A DNA stretch of 64,000 bases. Origin: Lama guanicoe. Lineage: Eukaryota. Both the position numbers and the translations under genes were made by a program. A model generated the notes under the pieces. It did not search any database. It was given only the letters and a program-made list of their open reading frames with translations, and was not told the DNA's origin. Positions 24,694 through 37,183 of this stretch are shown here, one piece after another. Location of the stretch: assembly GCA_013239625.1 (NCBI GenBank), contig MU053319.1, positions 124,001-188,000 of the forward strand. The letters run 5' to 3'. Position 1 is the stretch's first letter. Every line of letters starts with the position of its first letter.

Positions 24694-25483
24694 TTTTTTT
24701 TTTTTTAAATATAGTCAGTTATAATGTGTCAGTTTCTGGTGTACAGCATCATGTTTCAGTCATACATATACATATATGTATTGGTTTTCATATTCTTTTC
24801 CATTAAAGGATATTATAAGATATTGAACTTAGTTCCCTGTGCTATACAGAAGAAATGTGATTTTTATCTATTTTTATGTATAGTGGTTATAATATGCAAA
24901 TCTCAAACTCCCAAATTTATCCCTTCCTACTCCCTTTTCCCCACTAACCATAAGATTGTTTACTATGTCTGTGAGTCTGTTTCTGTTTTGTAGATGAGTT
25001 CATTAGCGTCCTCTTTTTTCTCTTTTTTTTTTTTTTTAGATTCCACATATGAGTGATATCATATGATATTTTTCTTTCTCTTTCTGGCTGACTTCACTTA
25101 GAATGATGTTCTCCAGGTCCATTCATGTTGCTGCAAATGGCATTATTTTATTATTTTTATGGCTGAGTAGTATTCCATTGTGTAAGTATACCACAGCTTC
25201 TTTAACCAGCCATCTGTCAATGGACAGTTAGGTTGTTTCCATGTCTTGACTATTGTAAATAGTGCTGCTATGAACATTGGGGTGCATGTGTCTTTTCAAA
25301 TTAGAGTTCCCTCCAGAACACACCCAGGAGTGAGATTGCTGGATCACATGGTAAATCTATTTTTAGGTTTTTGAGGAATCTCCATACTGTTCTCCATAAT
25401 GGCTGCACCAAACTGCATTCCCACCAGCAGTGTAGGAGGGCTCCCTTTTCTCCAGCATTTATCATCTGTGGGCTTTTTATGAA
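24694..25483 (-). mobile_element. Young L1 ORF2 end plus 3' UTR
   Basis: poly-T tail, complete 3' UTR, ORF2 remnant. Confidence 0.92.
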
Positions 25484-25831
25484 TCTGATGCATTATTGCA
25501 GGAAATTGACAGTCAAATCTCCAGTTGCTAAGAAAAGAGTGGCAGAAGTGAACCATAACAGAGGAAACCACTGAGCATCTCTGCCTCTGGACGCAGGCCT
25601 GGGAGGGAAGGGGTACATTCAGAAACTGTTGCTTTTCATAGCCAGAGCTTTCGTGCTATTTTATTTTTCATTCATGCATTTGTATAATTTAGATTTTTAA
25701 ATTAATATGAATGATGAAGACAGTTGAAATTTTCTACGTGGAGACAATGTTTCTTAAAAACAAAACTGAGATGATTTATAAAATTGTTTACATCTCTGAA
25801 AACAGCAACACACATGCAAGCCCCACCCCCC

Positions 25832-26156
25832 TTTTATTTTTTTGCCTATTTTTGATTTATTTTGAAAAGTGTTCTTCAAAGTTGACTATTTCAGCCCTGG
25901 GAGTTTGAATCTGAATAAAATATAAAATGAATTTAAAAGTTTTCATTCAGATCAAGAGGGTATGGCTCAGGGGGTCTTGGTTTCCTTTTTTTTTTTTTGC
26001 CTATTTTCGATTTATTTTGAAAAGTGATCTTCAAAGGTGACTATTTCAGCCCTGGGAGTTTGAATCTGAATAAAATATAAAATGAATTTAAAAGTTTTCA
26101 TTCAGATCAAGAGGGTATGGCTCAGGGGGTCTTGGTTTCCTTTTTTTTTTTTTTTT
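25832..26156. repeat. Tandem duplication, 155-bp unit x2
   Basis: GCCTATTT...GGGGTCTTGGTTTCC starts at 25844 and 25999; three substitutions counted by eye. Confidence 0.95.
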
Positions 26157-28345
26157 AACTATTCACTCTTGGCTCTCGGCTTCCCATCAGTCTTTTCTGA
26201 TGGTTTGTCTCTGCAATAGACTTGCAGAATAGCTATGCTTACAAAAGCACCTAAGGGAAGTTACCTGGTTACAAAAAAGACAGATAACTGTTCCAAACAA
26301 GCCATGTACAGAAAAAAAAGAACACACAAAAGCAAGACTGAGAGACTCCAAAGGGAAATTTCTGTTAGGCGTCTGACATAGGCAAAAGGAAAGATGATTC
26401 TTGTTATCAAGCTGAACAGAGAACCAGACCTAAGATTGTTTGAGCATAAAAATGGAGTCATTGCTTTTTACCTCAAGTCTTTATCCGTCTTTTTGGCTAA
26501 CACTACAGAGGCAAAGAGACTTTAGAGGCTTAAAATCTGTTTCACCTTAGTCATTTCACACAGACTTTATTTGAAACATTGAGCTTTTCCCCAAGAGCCC
26601 CTTTTCATTTCTTTCCCTATTAAACCATTTTTAAGATAAAGCCATTATATTTTATGATCTAGTTTTCCACACAGACATAGACAGCTTAAGCACTGAAGCA
26701 AGTATCCAGTGAACTGGCACAAAACACCTACATTTGCTTGAATTTTCCTCGGTAGTTTAAAACATTTGGGGTCCCAATTTTCAGGATATTTGAATCAACT
26801 TTCCATTTTATGTAGTGCATGCAATACTGCAACTCAGGTCAGATTTGTAGTTGAATTTTAAAATCTACAATAATTTTCTTCATTGGACAAAATTGGCTCA
26901 TTTTATCAGAAATAATTTAGTCATCTCTATTGATCTGGATTTGCTTCTGAGTCTTTCTTAACAGAGATCTCATCATAAATAAGGACCAATCCATTCAGCT
27001 GGTTAAGCAGGTGGGAGAGGCTATTCCCCCCGTCCAGATCCAGGGTGAGTAACTTGTCAGATGCAATGAAATATATTTGTCCTTAGTTACTTACTGCTCA
27101 TAAAATTTGCCAACTCTCAGGATACTCAATAATTCTGATGATTTTTGTTATATTTCTTCTTTTGTTCATCTGGGTAGAGATTTTTTGTTGACTGTGTGTT
27201 TATGAGAAATAGGAATGAACTGAGTAATAAAGTAGTATCGATTGTTAGAAAAATCCCCCAAAGTTCACGTAGGAGAAATTAATGAGAATTGACACGAGTG
27301 ATAAAAAACGCAAAAGGGGACTGGTAGAGTCTGACCAATTATTTTCATAAAATGGTACCAGACTCTTATTCTTAAATAGGAAGTTCGTTACATTAATACT
27401 TTATAGATATCGTTTTATTCAGAATTATATTTTCTCTGTATCAGCACAATGTGAGAGTCTAAATTTCATTTTAAGCAATTTTTCATTGTAGTATGGTGTA
27501 ATATAGCCATCAGGTGGAAAATAATATCCATTTCATTTTGAAGTTATTTTTGCTTTTAATCTAATAACACAAGCATCCCTGCCTTAAATTACATCTCCTT
27601 GGCAAAGATATTTTTGGTTCACCTTAGTTCAGCCAACATTTATCCTGCAGCTACTGCTAATCAGAGTTGTTTTAAGCATGGAAGTTTCAAACAGGAAGCA
27701 AAGCTATGCAAGAAAGTTGAGAAATACTTTCTTATATACTGATGGGAATTTAACAGCGCAGTTTTCAGAACAAATTTGAGGTTACGTATTAAAAACTTTA
27801 GCACTCTTTGATGAAACAATTCCACAAGTTTAGCTTAAGGTCAGCTTAACAGGAGGAACAATGAATACACAAAATATCCACAGCATAGCACATTTATAAC
27901 TCCCCTTTTAGATGCAAATGTCAATATATTTTTAATTTGGATATTCTCCTCACTTGGGAGTCAAGTACGTAACATGACTGTAAAACAGACATTTACTTAG
28001 GGATAGAGTAGTTTAGAGGACTTTTTAAAAGAGGCCCTTGGAGAATTACTAGGGAGAAATTCTAAATGTGTCTGTAAAGAAGAGGGAAAGATCATAGAAT
28101 AAAAGAGGACACTATCACAATCATTAGAAAATAGGAAAAAAAAAAACCCTTCTCCCCAGCCCCCACTGACAGATCAACTGTAATATTCATAACATACAAG
28201 AGCTGCATGCATCTGAGGTTGCTGTCTGCACAGCAGCTCACAGGTCACAAAATCACATAAAACACAAAAGGTCCAGAGATTAAAGTGTAAACATTTATTT
28301 TTAAAAACGCTGCAGTTTCTAGCAAATCCAAAAGAAAAGATTTAT

Positions 28346-29660
28346 GTTAGATAATGTTAATTACTTGACCAAAGTTCTGTGGGTTTATTTCTATTCTATT
28401 CCATTGATCCATATGTCTGTTTTTGTACCAATACCATGCTGCTTTGATTACTGTAGCTCTGTAGTATTCTCTGAAATCTAGGAAGGTTATTCCTCCAGCT
28501 TCATTCTTTTTCTTCAGTATTGCATTGGCAATTCTGGGTCATTTGTGATCCTATAAAATTTTAGGATTATTTGTTCTAGTTCTGTGAAAAATGTCCTGTG
28601 TAATTTGATATGGATTGCATTAAATCTGTAGATTGCTTTGGGTAGTATGGCCATTTTAACCATATTAATTCTTCTAGTTCAAGAACATGGGATATCTTTC
28701 CATTTCTTTAAGTTATCTTTAATTTCCTTAGTCAATGTTCTGTTGTTCTCTGTGTATGTGTTTTACTTCCTTGATCCATGAAAAATGCTCAATATCACTA
28801 ATTATCGGATAAATACAAATTAAAACTACAATAAGGTATCACCTCACACCAGTCAGAATGGCCATCATTCAAAAGTCCACAAATGATAAACACTAGAGAG
28901 GGTGTGGAGAAAAGGGAACCCTCCTACACATTGTTGATGGGAATGTAGTTTGGTGCAGCTTTTATGGAAAACAGTATGGAGATTCCTCAAAAGACTAAAC
29001 ATAGACTTATCATATGATCCAGCAATCCCACTCCTGGGCATATATCCAGAGGGAACTCTAATTCAAAAAGACACCTGCACCCCAATGTTCATAGCAGCAC
29101 TATTTACAATAGCCAAGACATGGAAACAAGTTAACTGTCCATTGACAGATGACTGGATAAAGAGGTTGTGGTATAAATATACAATGGAATACTACTCAGC
29201 TATAAAAAAAGAATAAAATACTGTCATTTGCAGCAACATGTATCCCTGGAGATCATCTTTCTAAGTGAAGTCAGTCAGGAAGAGAAAGAAAAATACCATA
29301 GGATATCACTTATATATGGACTCTAAAAAAAAAAAGACAAAAGAACTTATTTACAAAACAGAAACAGAGTCACAGACATAGAAAACAAACTTATGGTTAT
29401 CCGGGGAGGAAGAGGGTGGGAGGGGATAAACTGAGAGTTTGAGATTTGGAGATACTAACTAATATATATAAAATAGATAAATAACAAGTTCAAATTGTAT
29501 AACACAGGGAACTATATTCAATATCTTGTAGTAATCTATGGTGTAAAATATGAAACTGACTCTATGTACGTTCATGTATGACTGAAGTATTATGCTGATC
29601 ACCGGAAATTGACACAACATTGTAAACTGACTATACTTCAATAAATATTATATAGTAATT
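28346..29660 (+). mobile_element. L1 with 5' inversion (twin priming)
   Basis: About 28346-28773 antisense ORF2, about 28774-29645 sense ORF2 end and 3' UTR; TSD AAAGAAAAGA at 28331 and 29661. Confidence 0.9.
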
Positions 29661-30137
29661 AAAGAAAAGACTCACATAATCGGAACTAATAATCAAGTTT
29701 TAAGCAAGCAGTTGGCATCTTTATTTATCTATCAGAGAACAGTTTTTTCTTATTAACTGTAATGCTATGAAACTTGGAAGAACATCTATCCATTTATTTG
29801 AAATGTTCTCGAGTATCGGATGGCTTAAGGAAAGGTAATAGGAAAATGGTAATAGAAGAAACAACAGGAGGATGAAAGGGCAGGAATAAGGCAATTCAAG
29901 AAGACAATTATGTTTGTCAAACCTCGTAGAATTACATACTTAAACGAGTGAACTTTACAGTGTGTAAATTACACTTCAATAAACTTGGTTTATAAAATAA
30001 AATAGGTCTAATTATCTGGGGGAAATTCGATGGGGAGTCCATCAAATTCCTTAAAATTCCAGTTGTTCACTTGACTCAGATGAAACTAAACTCAGAATGT
30101 AATTACATTAAATGTACAAATTAAATTGGGAATAATT

Positions 30138-30319
30138 CAGTTGTGTCCTGGAGTCAGCTCTTACCAGCTCAGAAAAGCCCATTGGTAAATAACCCAGGAA
30201 TTTTGCCAGATGGTTTTAAATGTTCTGTATCCTGAAGTCAGCCAGGTGGGAATTTTTACACTCTGGAAATCAGCAAATGCCACAAATCATGGATTCCTGG
30301 CTTACTAATATGCTACTGG
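30138..30319 (+). mobile_element. MER63-like hAT DNA transposon
   Basis: CAGTTGTGTCCTGGAGTCAGCTCTTACCAGCTC...GGAAATCAGCAAATGCCACAAATCA...CTACTG. Confidence 0.75.
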
Positions 30320-30939
30320 AATAATTTATGATATTTAGCCATTCCACTCAATATTATGTATTTTACATCTTCTTTTAGCTGTTTCAGCCAAGTTTTGTAG
30401 CTGGATTTATTTTGATTCTACACACTATTCTTTAGCAGTTTATAATTTATATTTTTTCCTTCCATTAAAATTGCCAAGTAACAAAAAAATTGGATTTTTT
30501 TTGCATTTTTTCCATCTGGACAGTTTATTTATCTCTCTTATTACTTCTAATATTTTTTCTAGTAATTTTCTTAGGTTTCCCAGACAGGTCATTAAATCAA
30601 ATGCAAATTATTATGAATATTTTCTTTTACAAAAGATATACATTGTTGTAATTGTTTCATTTTTCATTCAATTGCCAAATATTTCTGGAAATGTATAAAA
30701 TAATAGAAGTAGAGGACATACTTGCTCTGCTCCTGCTTTTAGCATTTCATCATTTACTACGACGTCCACTTTTCGTGAAATAGACCCTCTTTACTCTGGT
30801 ATATTTCCACTCCTCATCTTATGCTGTGGTACCAGTCCTGAATGGTAGTGGATTCAGTGGCAGTGGTGGTGGTTTTGTGGTTTTTGTAGCTGCTTGTTTT
30901 TAACCAGAAATAGGTTCGTGGATCTGGATTCCAGTGGAT

Positions 30940-31180
30940 AAGAGCACAGGTCTGGAGGCACATTTCCAGGGTTCATGTCCTGACTTGGCTGTTTCTTAGT
31001 TGAGCAACGCTATGTTATTTAAACCATCAGTGCCTTGGTTTCCTTTTCTGTAAAATCGGTTAAATAATGGTAACAGTACTTATTTTTGGTGGCTTTCTGA
31101 AAATTCAGTGAGCTAAGTGTATATTGCACTTGGAATAGTGCCTGGCACAATTTTCAAGCAGTCAATGAAATTTAGAAATT
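30940..31180. mobile_element. MIR
   Basis: GTGCCTTGGTTTCCTTTTCTGTAAAAT...GCACTTGGAATAGTGCCTGGCACA. Confidence 0.75.
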
Positions 31181-31994
31181 ATTATGCCTTAATAAAGTTA
31201 GTAAATATTCTTAACTCATGCCTTCAGAGAACCTCTTAAAATTGTATTTTTTTCTTTAACATATTGAAATGATGTATTATTTTAATACTCTTCTTGCTCT
31301 CCTGGAATAAAACGTACTAAGTTGTATCTATTTCTCTTAATAACCAGTTGAGGGCAATTTGCTAGCATCTTTTAAAGTTTTTTTTCTAAGAGTAACTTGG
31401 ATTATTCTGTAGTTAAGGGAATGTCTATGTCAGATATTGACAGAGTAACCTTCTGACTTTATAAAATGTACCGCGGAAATATATAGCTCTTCTCTATAGC
31501 CTGAAACCATTTACATGGCATACAATGTATCATCTTTTTTGTTCTGCTGATATGTGCTTGAAGGGTTTTGTCCTTTTTTCTTGATCAAATATGCTAAAGT
31601 TGTGCTTATGTTATAGGATTTATTGCAAGTAAAAATCTCTTGAAGTTATTTATCACTTCTACAATTTTGCATCTTCCAATTTATTAATGTCTGTGTTTGT
31701 TTTTCTCATCCCCTTTCATCCCTCCATTGGCTTGGTTTTTTTTTTTCTTTCTGTTTCTAATTTCCTTCCCCAAATGCTCAGTTCATTTATTTTCATGCTT
31801 TCCTGTTTAGCAACAAAGCATAATTTATTGTGCCTTTAAAATGCACACTGAATGACCTGAATTGCTTCTCATTTGTAATTTGGCAAATTACGTACACCAG
31901 TGATGGGCGGGATATTATGACAAGGGCTGTCCTACCTTCCACCTGAGACCTATGAATGTGAATATTCACTGGTAACCTCTAAAAATCAGGGCAC

Positions 31995-32425
31995 ACCCTA
32001 AAACTGGAAGCATCCAAGGTGGCCTCCAACGAGCAAAGGAATAAACAAACTGAGCTTCATCCATACTATGGAATATTATTTGATGAACAAAAAGAATGAG
32101 CTGTTAATCTTTGCAACCGCGTGGGTGAATGTCGTGTGCAATTGCTTAAATGCATATTGCTTAAGTGAAAGAAAGAAGTCTCAGAAGGATGTGTGCTGTG
32201 TGATCCTCTTCATGTGAAATACTGACAAGACGGAAGCAGAGAGACAGAAAATACATGAGCGGTGGTCAGGGACTTGAGGAGGTGGGAGGGTTAACCAGGT
32301 GAAGCACAGAGGATTTGGGAGCTGTGAAATTTTTCTGTGCGTATCGTACTGGTGAATACATGATGCTGTGCATTTTTTCAAAACTCCTAGAACTCTGCAG
32401 TACAAAGAATAACTGACAAAAAAAA
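31995..32425 (+). mobile_element. Old L1M 3' fragment
   Basis: AAACTGGAAGCATCCAAG...ATAAACAAACTG...CATCCATACTATGGAATATTA. Confidence 0.75.
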
Positions 32426-33049
32426 AAAACTGACTGTGTTAGCACTTGACTGAGTTGAAAGTTTGACACATAGATCTTTTAAGTCAAACCTCCATGTTTT
32501 GAGTTTTGTTTGTTTCATCTGTGGAAAGAGAGAAAAGGCAGAACTTCAGAGTATCAGAACCCCAGCCTCCAGGATCTGATAAACTCGGGTTTGAAATCCA
32601 GATTCTGGTACTTCTTTGTTATTTAACCCTTTGGAGCATTAGTTAAAATCTCCACTGCAAAATTTTCTTCTTAAAATGAGAAAATAGTATCTGTTTAGCA
32701 TCATTGTAGGATTAAATATTAATGCATATAAAACTCTGATCCTGGATTACAGTTTTATGCTCAAAAAAAACTATATGTTTTCCACAATAACTGTGTTTAT
32801 TATTTCTCCTTTTATGCCTAATAGCTTGGATTTTTAGATGTATATATCTTTCTCTGTGCATTTAAATACATAATCCAGAACTTTCTTGTTCATCATATTC
32901 TCCATAAATATTGTATTTTAATTCTATTCTGCTTGAAATTAATCACGTAACATTTGCTTTATGTTTGTTTTCCTGATAAATCTTTGTCTGGCCTTATTTT
33001 TAATCTTAAAATTTTTCTTTTACTCTTTTATTTTGAGTTTTTCTCTAAG

Positions 33050-33700
33050 CACCACTTAACTTTTAACCAACAGGTATCTGGAAATAGGAAATAGAGAGAA
33101 TTAAAAGAAGTGAATAAAAGAGGAAAAAAGGGAAAGACTATAGGAAGGGATAATAAAAGAGGTAAAAATAATAATGCTGAGTGCAAGTCTTTAGGCTCAA
33201 AAATCTCTAATACAATGGATGGCACATCTGGAAATGTCCTTAAATAACATTGTAAAGCCTCAGAGATAAAGTCCTAAATGTTTTTAAGTAGGAAAAAAAA
33301 AAAAGAAAGCCACTACAAAGAAATAGATATCATTCTAACATAATGTGTCTCATTGATAAACTGGATTCCAGGAAACAACAGAGGAAAAGTTTACAAGTTT
33401 TGAGTGAAAATCAATTGGGGTTTAAAATCCAAAATGCAGATATATCCATGAAATTAAATGAAAAAGAAAAACATTTCAGGTATGCAAGAACTGGGAGTGT
33501 TGGCCTTCCAACCTCTCACCCTCACCCTCTCTTAGGAAGCTACCTGAAGTTATTTAGAAGCAAAAGGAAGGAGTGGACCAAGGAATAGGCAGACGTGGGA
33601 CTTGGGGAAGGTGACCCCCCCCCGGGGAGGATGGAGGGGGCTTCTGGGAGACCCGCCGCCCCACACACCGGAGCGAGGGGTTGAAGGGCTCCATAATGTG
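33050..33700 (+). mobile_element. HAL1/L1ME-like ORF1 remnant
   Basis: ACATTTCAGGTATGCAAGAACT...CTCTTAGGAAGCTACCTGAAG...CCAAGGAATAGGCAGACGTGGGA. Confidence 0.55.
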
Positions 33701-34877
33701 TCTGTGGGAAGCAAAGTGCTGGTGTGACTAAAACGGTTAAAAAATAACAGAACTGTGGTGAGTAATACGGTATTGTATACTTGACAGTTGCTGCCAGTAG
33801 ATCTTAGGCATTCTCACTAAAAAAAAGTGTTAACTATGTTAACTCTGTGAGAGGATGAATGAATATTTTCTTGATCTTGGTAATCACTCTACAGTGGATA
33901 TTATATCAAACCATCACCCTGCATTCTTTACATATAGATAATTACACATGTCAATTATTCCTAAGAAAGTTAATAAAGGAAAAATAAAAATAAATAAAAT
34001 AAAAGAGCTTGAGAAGGTGGCAAAGGCTCATTTCACCTCCTTGTAAGAAAGACTATGCTTCCAGAGTTAGGATATGAGTCATTTTAGGAAAGAAATGGTT
34101 CTCGGGTGAATATTTACAGCCAAATAATGTACCCACTGCTTGCTGAGTATCAGCTTTCAGGAATAGATGTATTAATAAAATGTAGCAGACTTACAGTCTG
34201 CGTTTTCTCTTTCCGGATCCTTATTGGTTAGATAAAGGACCACCTGGGTTAGCCACGATGTCATCTGTTTTATTTCACTTGCACTGCCTCTCTGTCTTTT
34301 TGCTGTACTTTTTTTTAGAGAGTTATTTGAACTTGATTTTCCAGTTCTTCCATTGGATTATTTCTACTCAATTATATTTTTTCAGTTTCTGAAAGAGAGA
34401 AGAGAGCCCGCTGAGTGTCACTAACAGTGTCACTAACAAGCTGGAAAGTGGAAGTGAGACAAGACCGAGGGCGGGGAGGGACACACACACTTCTCTCCTC
34501 TAAGAGGGAGTGGAGATGTCGGCCACAAGGACTGGAACAGAAAATAGAAGTACAAGCAAATGATTTAAAATTAGGATGTTAACATTCTGCATCTTGCACA
34601 GTATTTAGCCAATAAATAAAGTCCAAATTTGATGAATCCACAAGTGGGGTTGAAGGTACATTATTAAGCTATATGGAGGCAATGAACTAAGAACCTAAAA
34701 GCAGAAATAGTTTAAAAGGTGCCCCTGAGCACAGAATTACAGGGTAGGGCTGCAGGTTGGGGAACTGCTACATTTCAGTGTAACCTACATTGGATTCCAG
34801 AAACTTTTACAATATTTATTATTACTTTAATAATAAACATTTAAAATGAAAAAAAGTAAACCTTTGCTTCATTCTAT

Positions 34878-35557
34878 CACTTAGGAATATACATTTAAGA
34901 TTCCTTCATGTCTCTTCACAGCTTGATAGCTCATTTCTTTTTAGCATTAAATAATATTATATCATCTGGATGGACCACGGTTTTATTTATCCATTCACCT
35001 GATGAACATCTCGGTCGCCTCCAAGTTTTAGTAATTATGAGTAAAGTTGCTATAAACATCTTTGTGCAGGTTTTGCATGGACATACGTTTTCAGCTCCTT
35101 TGGGGAAACACCAAGGACCACAATTGTTGAAACGGCCAGATACTATGTGATTCCAACTATATGACACCCTGGAAAAGACAAAATGATGGAGACGGTAAAA
35201 AGGGCAGTGGTTGCCAGGAGTTGGATAGAGGCGGGGTGCACAGACAGAGCAAAGAGGATTTTTAGGGCAGTGAAAATACCCTGTGCAATGCAATAATGAT
35301 GGCTACACATCCTTTCACATTTGTCCAAATCCACAGAATGTTCAGCACCAAGAGTGAACCCGGATGCAAACCACGGACTTTGGGTGATGATAATATGTCA
35401 ACACAGGTTCATCAACTGTAACAAATGTACCATCTCGGGGAGCTGGTGATTATGGGAGAGGCTATGCATGTGTGGGGACAGAGTATGTGGGAAATCTTTG
35501 TACCTTCCTCTTAATTTTGCTATGAATCTAAAACTGCTCTCAAAATTAAGTCTTTTT
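34878..35557 (+). mobile_element. L1MC-like 3' end (35130-35557 sense) preceded by an antisense L1 segment (34878-35128)
   Basis: TGATTCCAACTATATGACA...CCAAGAGTGAACCC...CTAAAACTGCTCT; the adjacent antisense piece is upstream L1 sequence. Confidence 0.8.
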
Positions 35558-35592
35558 AACAACTTGACTTTATTGATTTGTAAAGATTAAAT

Positions 35593-35737
35593 GAGGGGGG
35601 AGAACAGAGTGGTAGAGTGTGTGCTCAGCATTCACAAGGTCGGGAGTTCAATCCCCAGCATCTCCATTTAAAAAAAATTAAAAATAAATAAATTAAAAAT
35701 TTTAAACCTAATTACTTCATTCTGCAAAAAAAAAATT
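35593..35737 (+). mobile_element. tRNA-Ala-derived SINE with TSD
   Basis: TSD TAAAGATTAAAT at 35581-35592 and 35738-35749. Confidence 0.88.
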
Positions 35738-36626
35738 TAAAGATTAAATAAAATATGTAAAGTACCTTCTCTAATAATTGTTTAAATAATAATAGCTATT
35801 ATGTTATTTTTGTTTAAGGAAAATGGGAGTTAAGAAGATGGACATGTACACAAATAATTAAAACATGGTAGTAGTGAGAGTTCTAACACAAGCATATGCA
35901 ACAGATATTGGAAGCATTAAGCTGAGAGAGGGTAGCTCTTCCTTGAAACTCACGGGAACGTTACATTTCATAGGCGTTCCCATGAGCATGAGAAAGAGAC
36001 AGAAATCCAGGAAGTAGCCATGACAGGTGCAAAGAAACAGTAATTTTAGTGATGCCTTAGTGATAATTTAGTGCCACCAAAAATTAAGCCATTACACATC
36101 TACTTCATAGTAATGCTGAACCACCACGGTAGAGCTAAAATGCATAGTTCTGTATTTCTTGAGTCTCAGATACTTTTACATGCATATCTTCAAAATTAAA
36201 AAGCTTTTCTCTGGCATAACAAGAAAGCACAAGACTCTCTACAATCTGTCCCAAATCGATACTTCCTTATTGTTTTATGATCCCACATATCAAAAAAAAG
36301 GCTCTCTCTCCTATTTCCCCCACAAAACATCTCAGACTTTTCCTACAGATGTATTTCCTCTTGTCATTCTCCCACACACAGTTTTTCACAGACTTCATCT
36401 TCTTCTCATCAAAAGTCTACATATCCCTCCAAATGTGTCCTTAATCTATTTCCCATAAAAATCTTCTCAGTCCAACTGCATCCTACGTGATCTCAAATAA
36501 CTTGCTCTCATTTAAGCTGCTAATTCAGTAGATAATCAGAGACTGGATCATTTCAACATATCACTATTTACCTTGCTATTTGTCCCTTGTATTTTTAACT
36601 TATTAAGCATTTAGTAACTTAGAGAT

Positions 36627-37183
36627 TGCCTTTGTTTTCTATGGCTCCTGTGAATATGATCACAAACATGGCAGCTTAAAACCACACAAATTGATTATCT
36701 TATCGTCTTATCTGTCAAAAGAATTACACAGGCCTCACAAGGCAAAAGTCCAGGTGTTAGCGGGGCTACCTTCTGTTCTGGAGGCTACAGAGAACAACCC
36801 ACTTCCTCGTTCGCTCAAGCTGATGGAGTTCAGTTCCTTGTGGGCGCAGGACTGAGACGCCTGCTGTCTGTCAGCTGAGAGCCCTTCTGCAGTCCTTGAC
36901 TGATGGCCTCCTTCCTGCCACTTTAAAGCCAGCCAGGATGAGCTGAGTCCCTCCCATGCTTCAAACTCTCCTTCTATCTCATCCCAAGGACCCAGCCAGA
37001 GGAGCTGTCTGCTTTTAAGCACTTACGTAATTAGAGTGAACCCATCCCGATAAATCAGGATAACTCCCCACTTCAAATTCCATACCGTTCACCACATCTG
37101 CAAGTCCCTTTTGCAACGTGAGGCCATAGTGTCACAAGTTCTGAGAATCAGTCAGGCGTGGGGGGGCAATGCTGTCTACCACA
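36627..37183 (-). mobile_element. MLT1-type (ERVL-MaLR) solo LTR
   Basis: CACAAACATGGCAGCTTAAAACCACACAAATTGATTATCTTA...CACATCTGCAAGTCCCTTTTGC...CTACCACA. Confidence 0.85.

Noticed and set aside
34414..34437. 12-bp tandem repeat AGTGTCACTAAC x2
   Set aside because: Ordinary micro-duplication with no sign of function.
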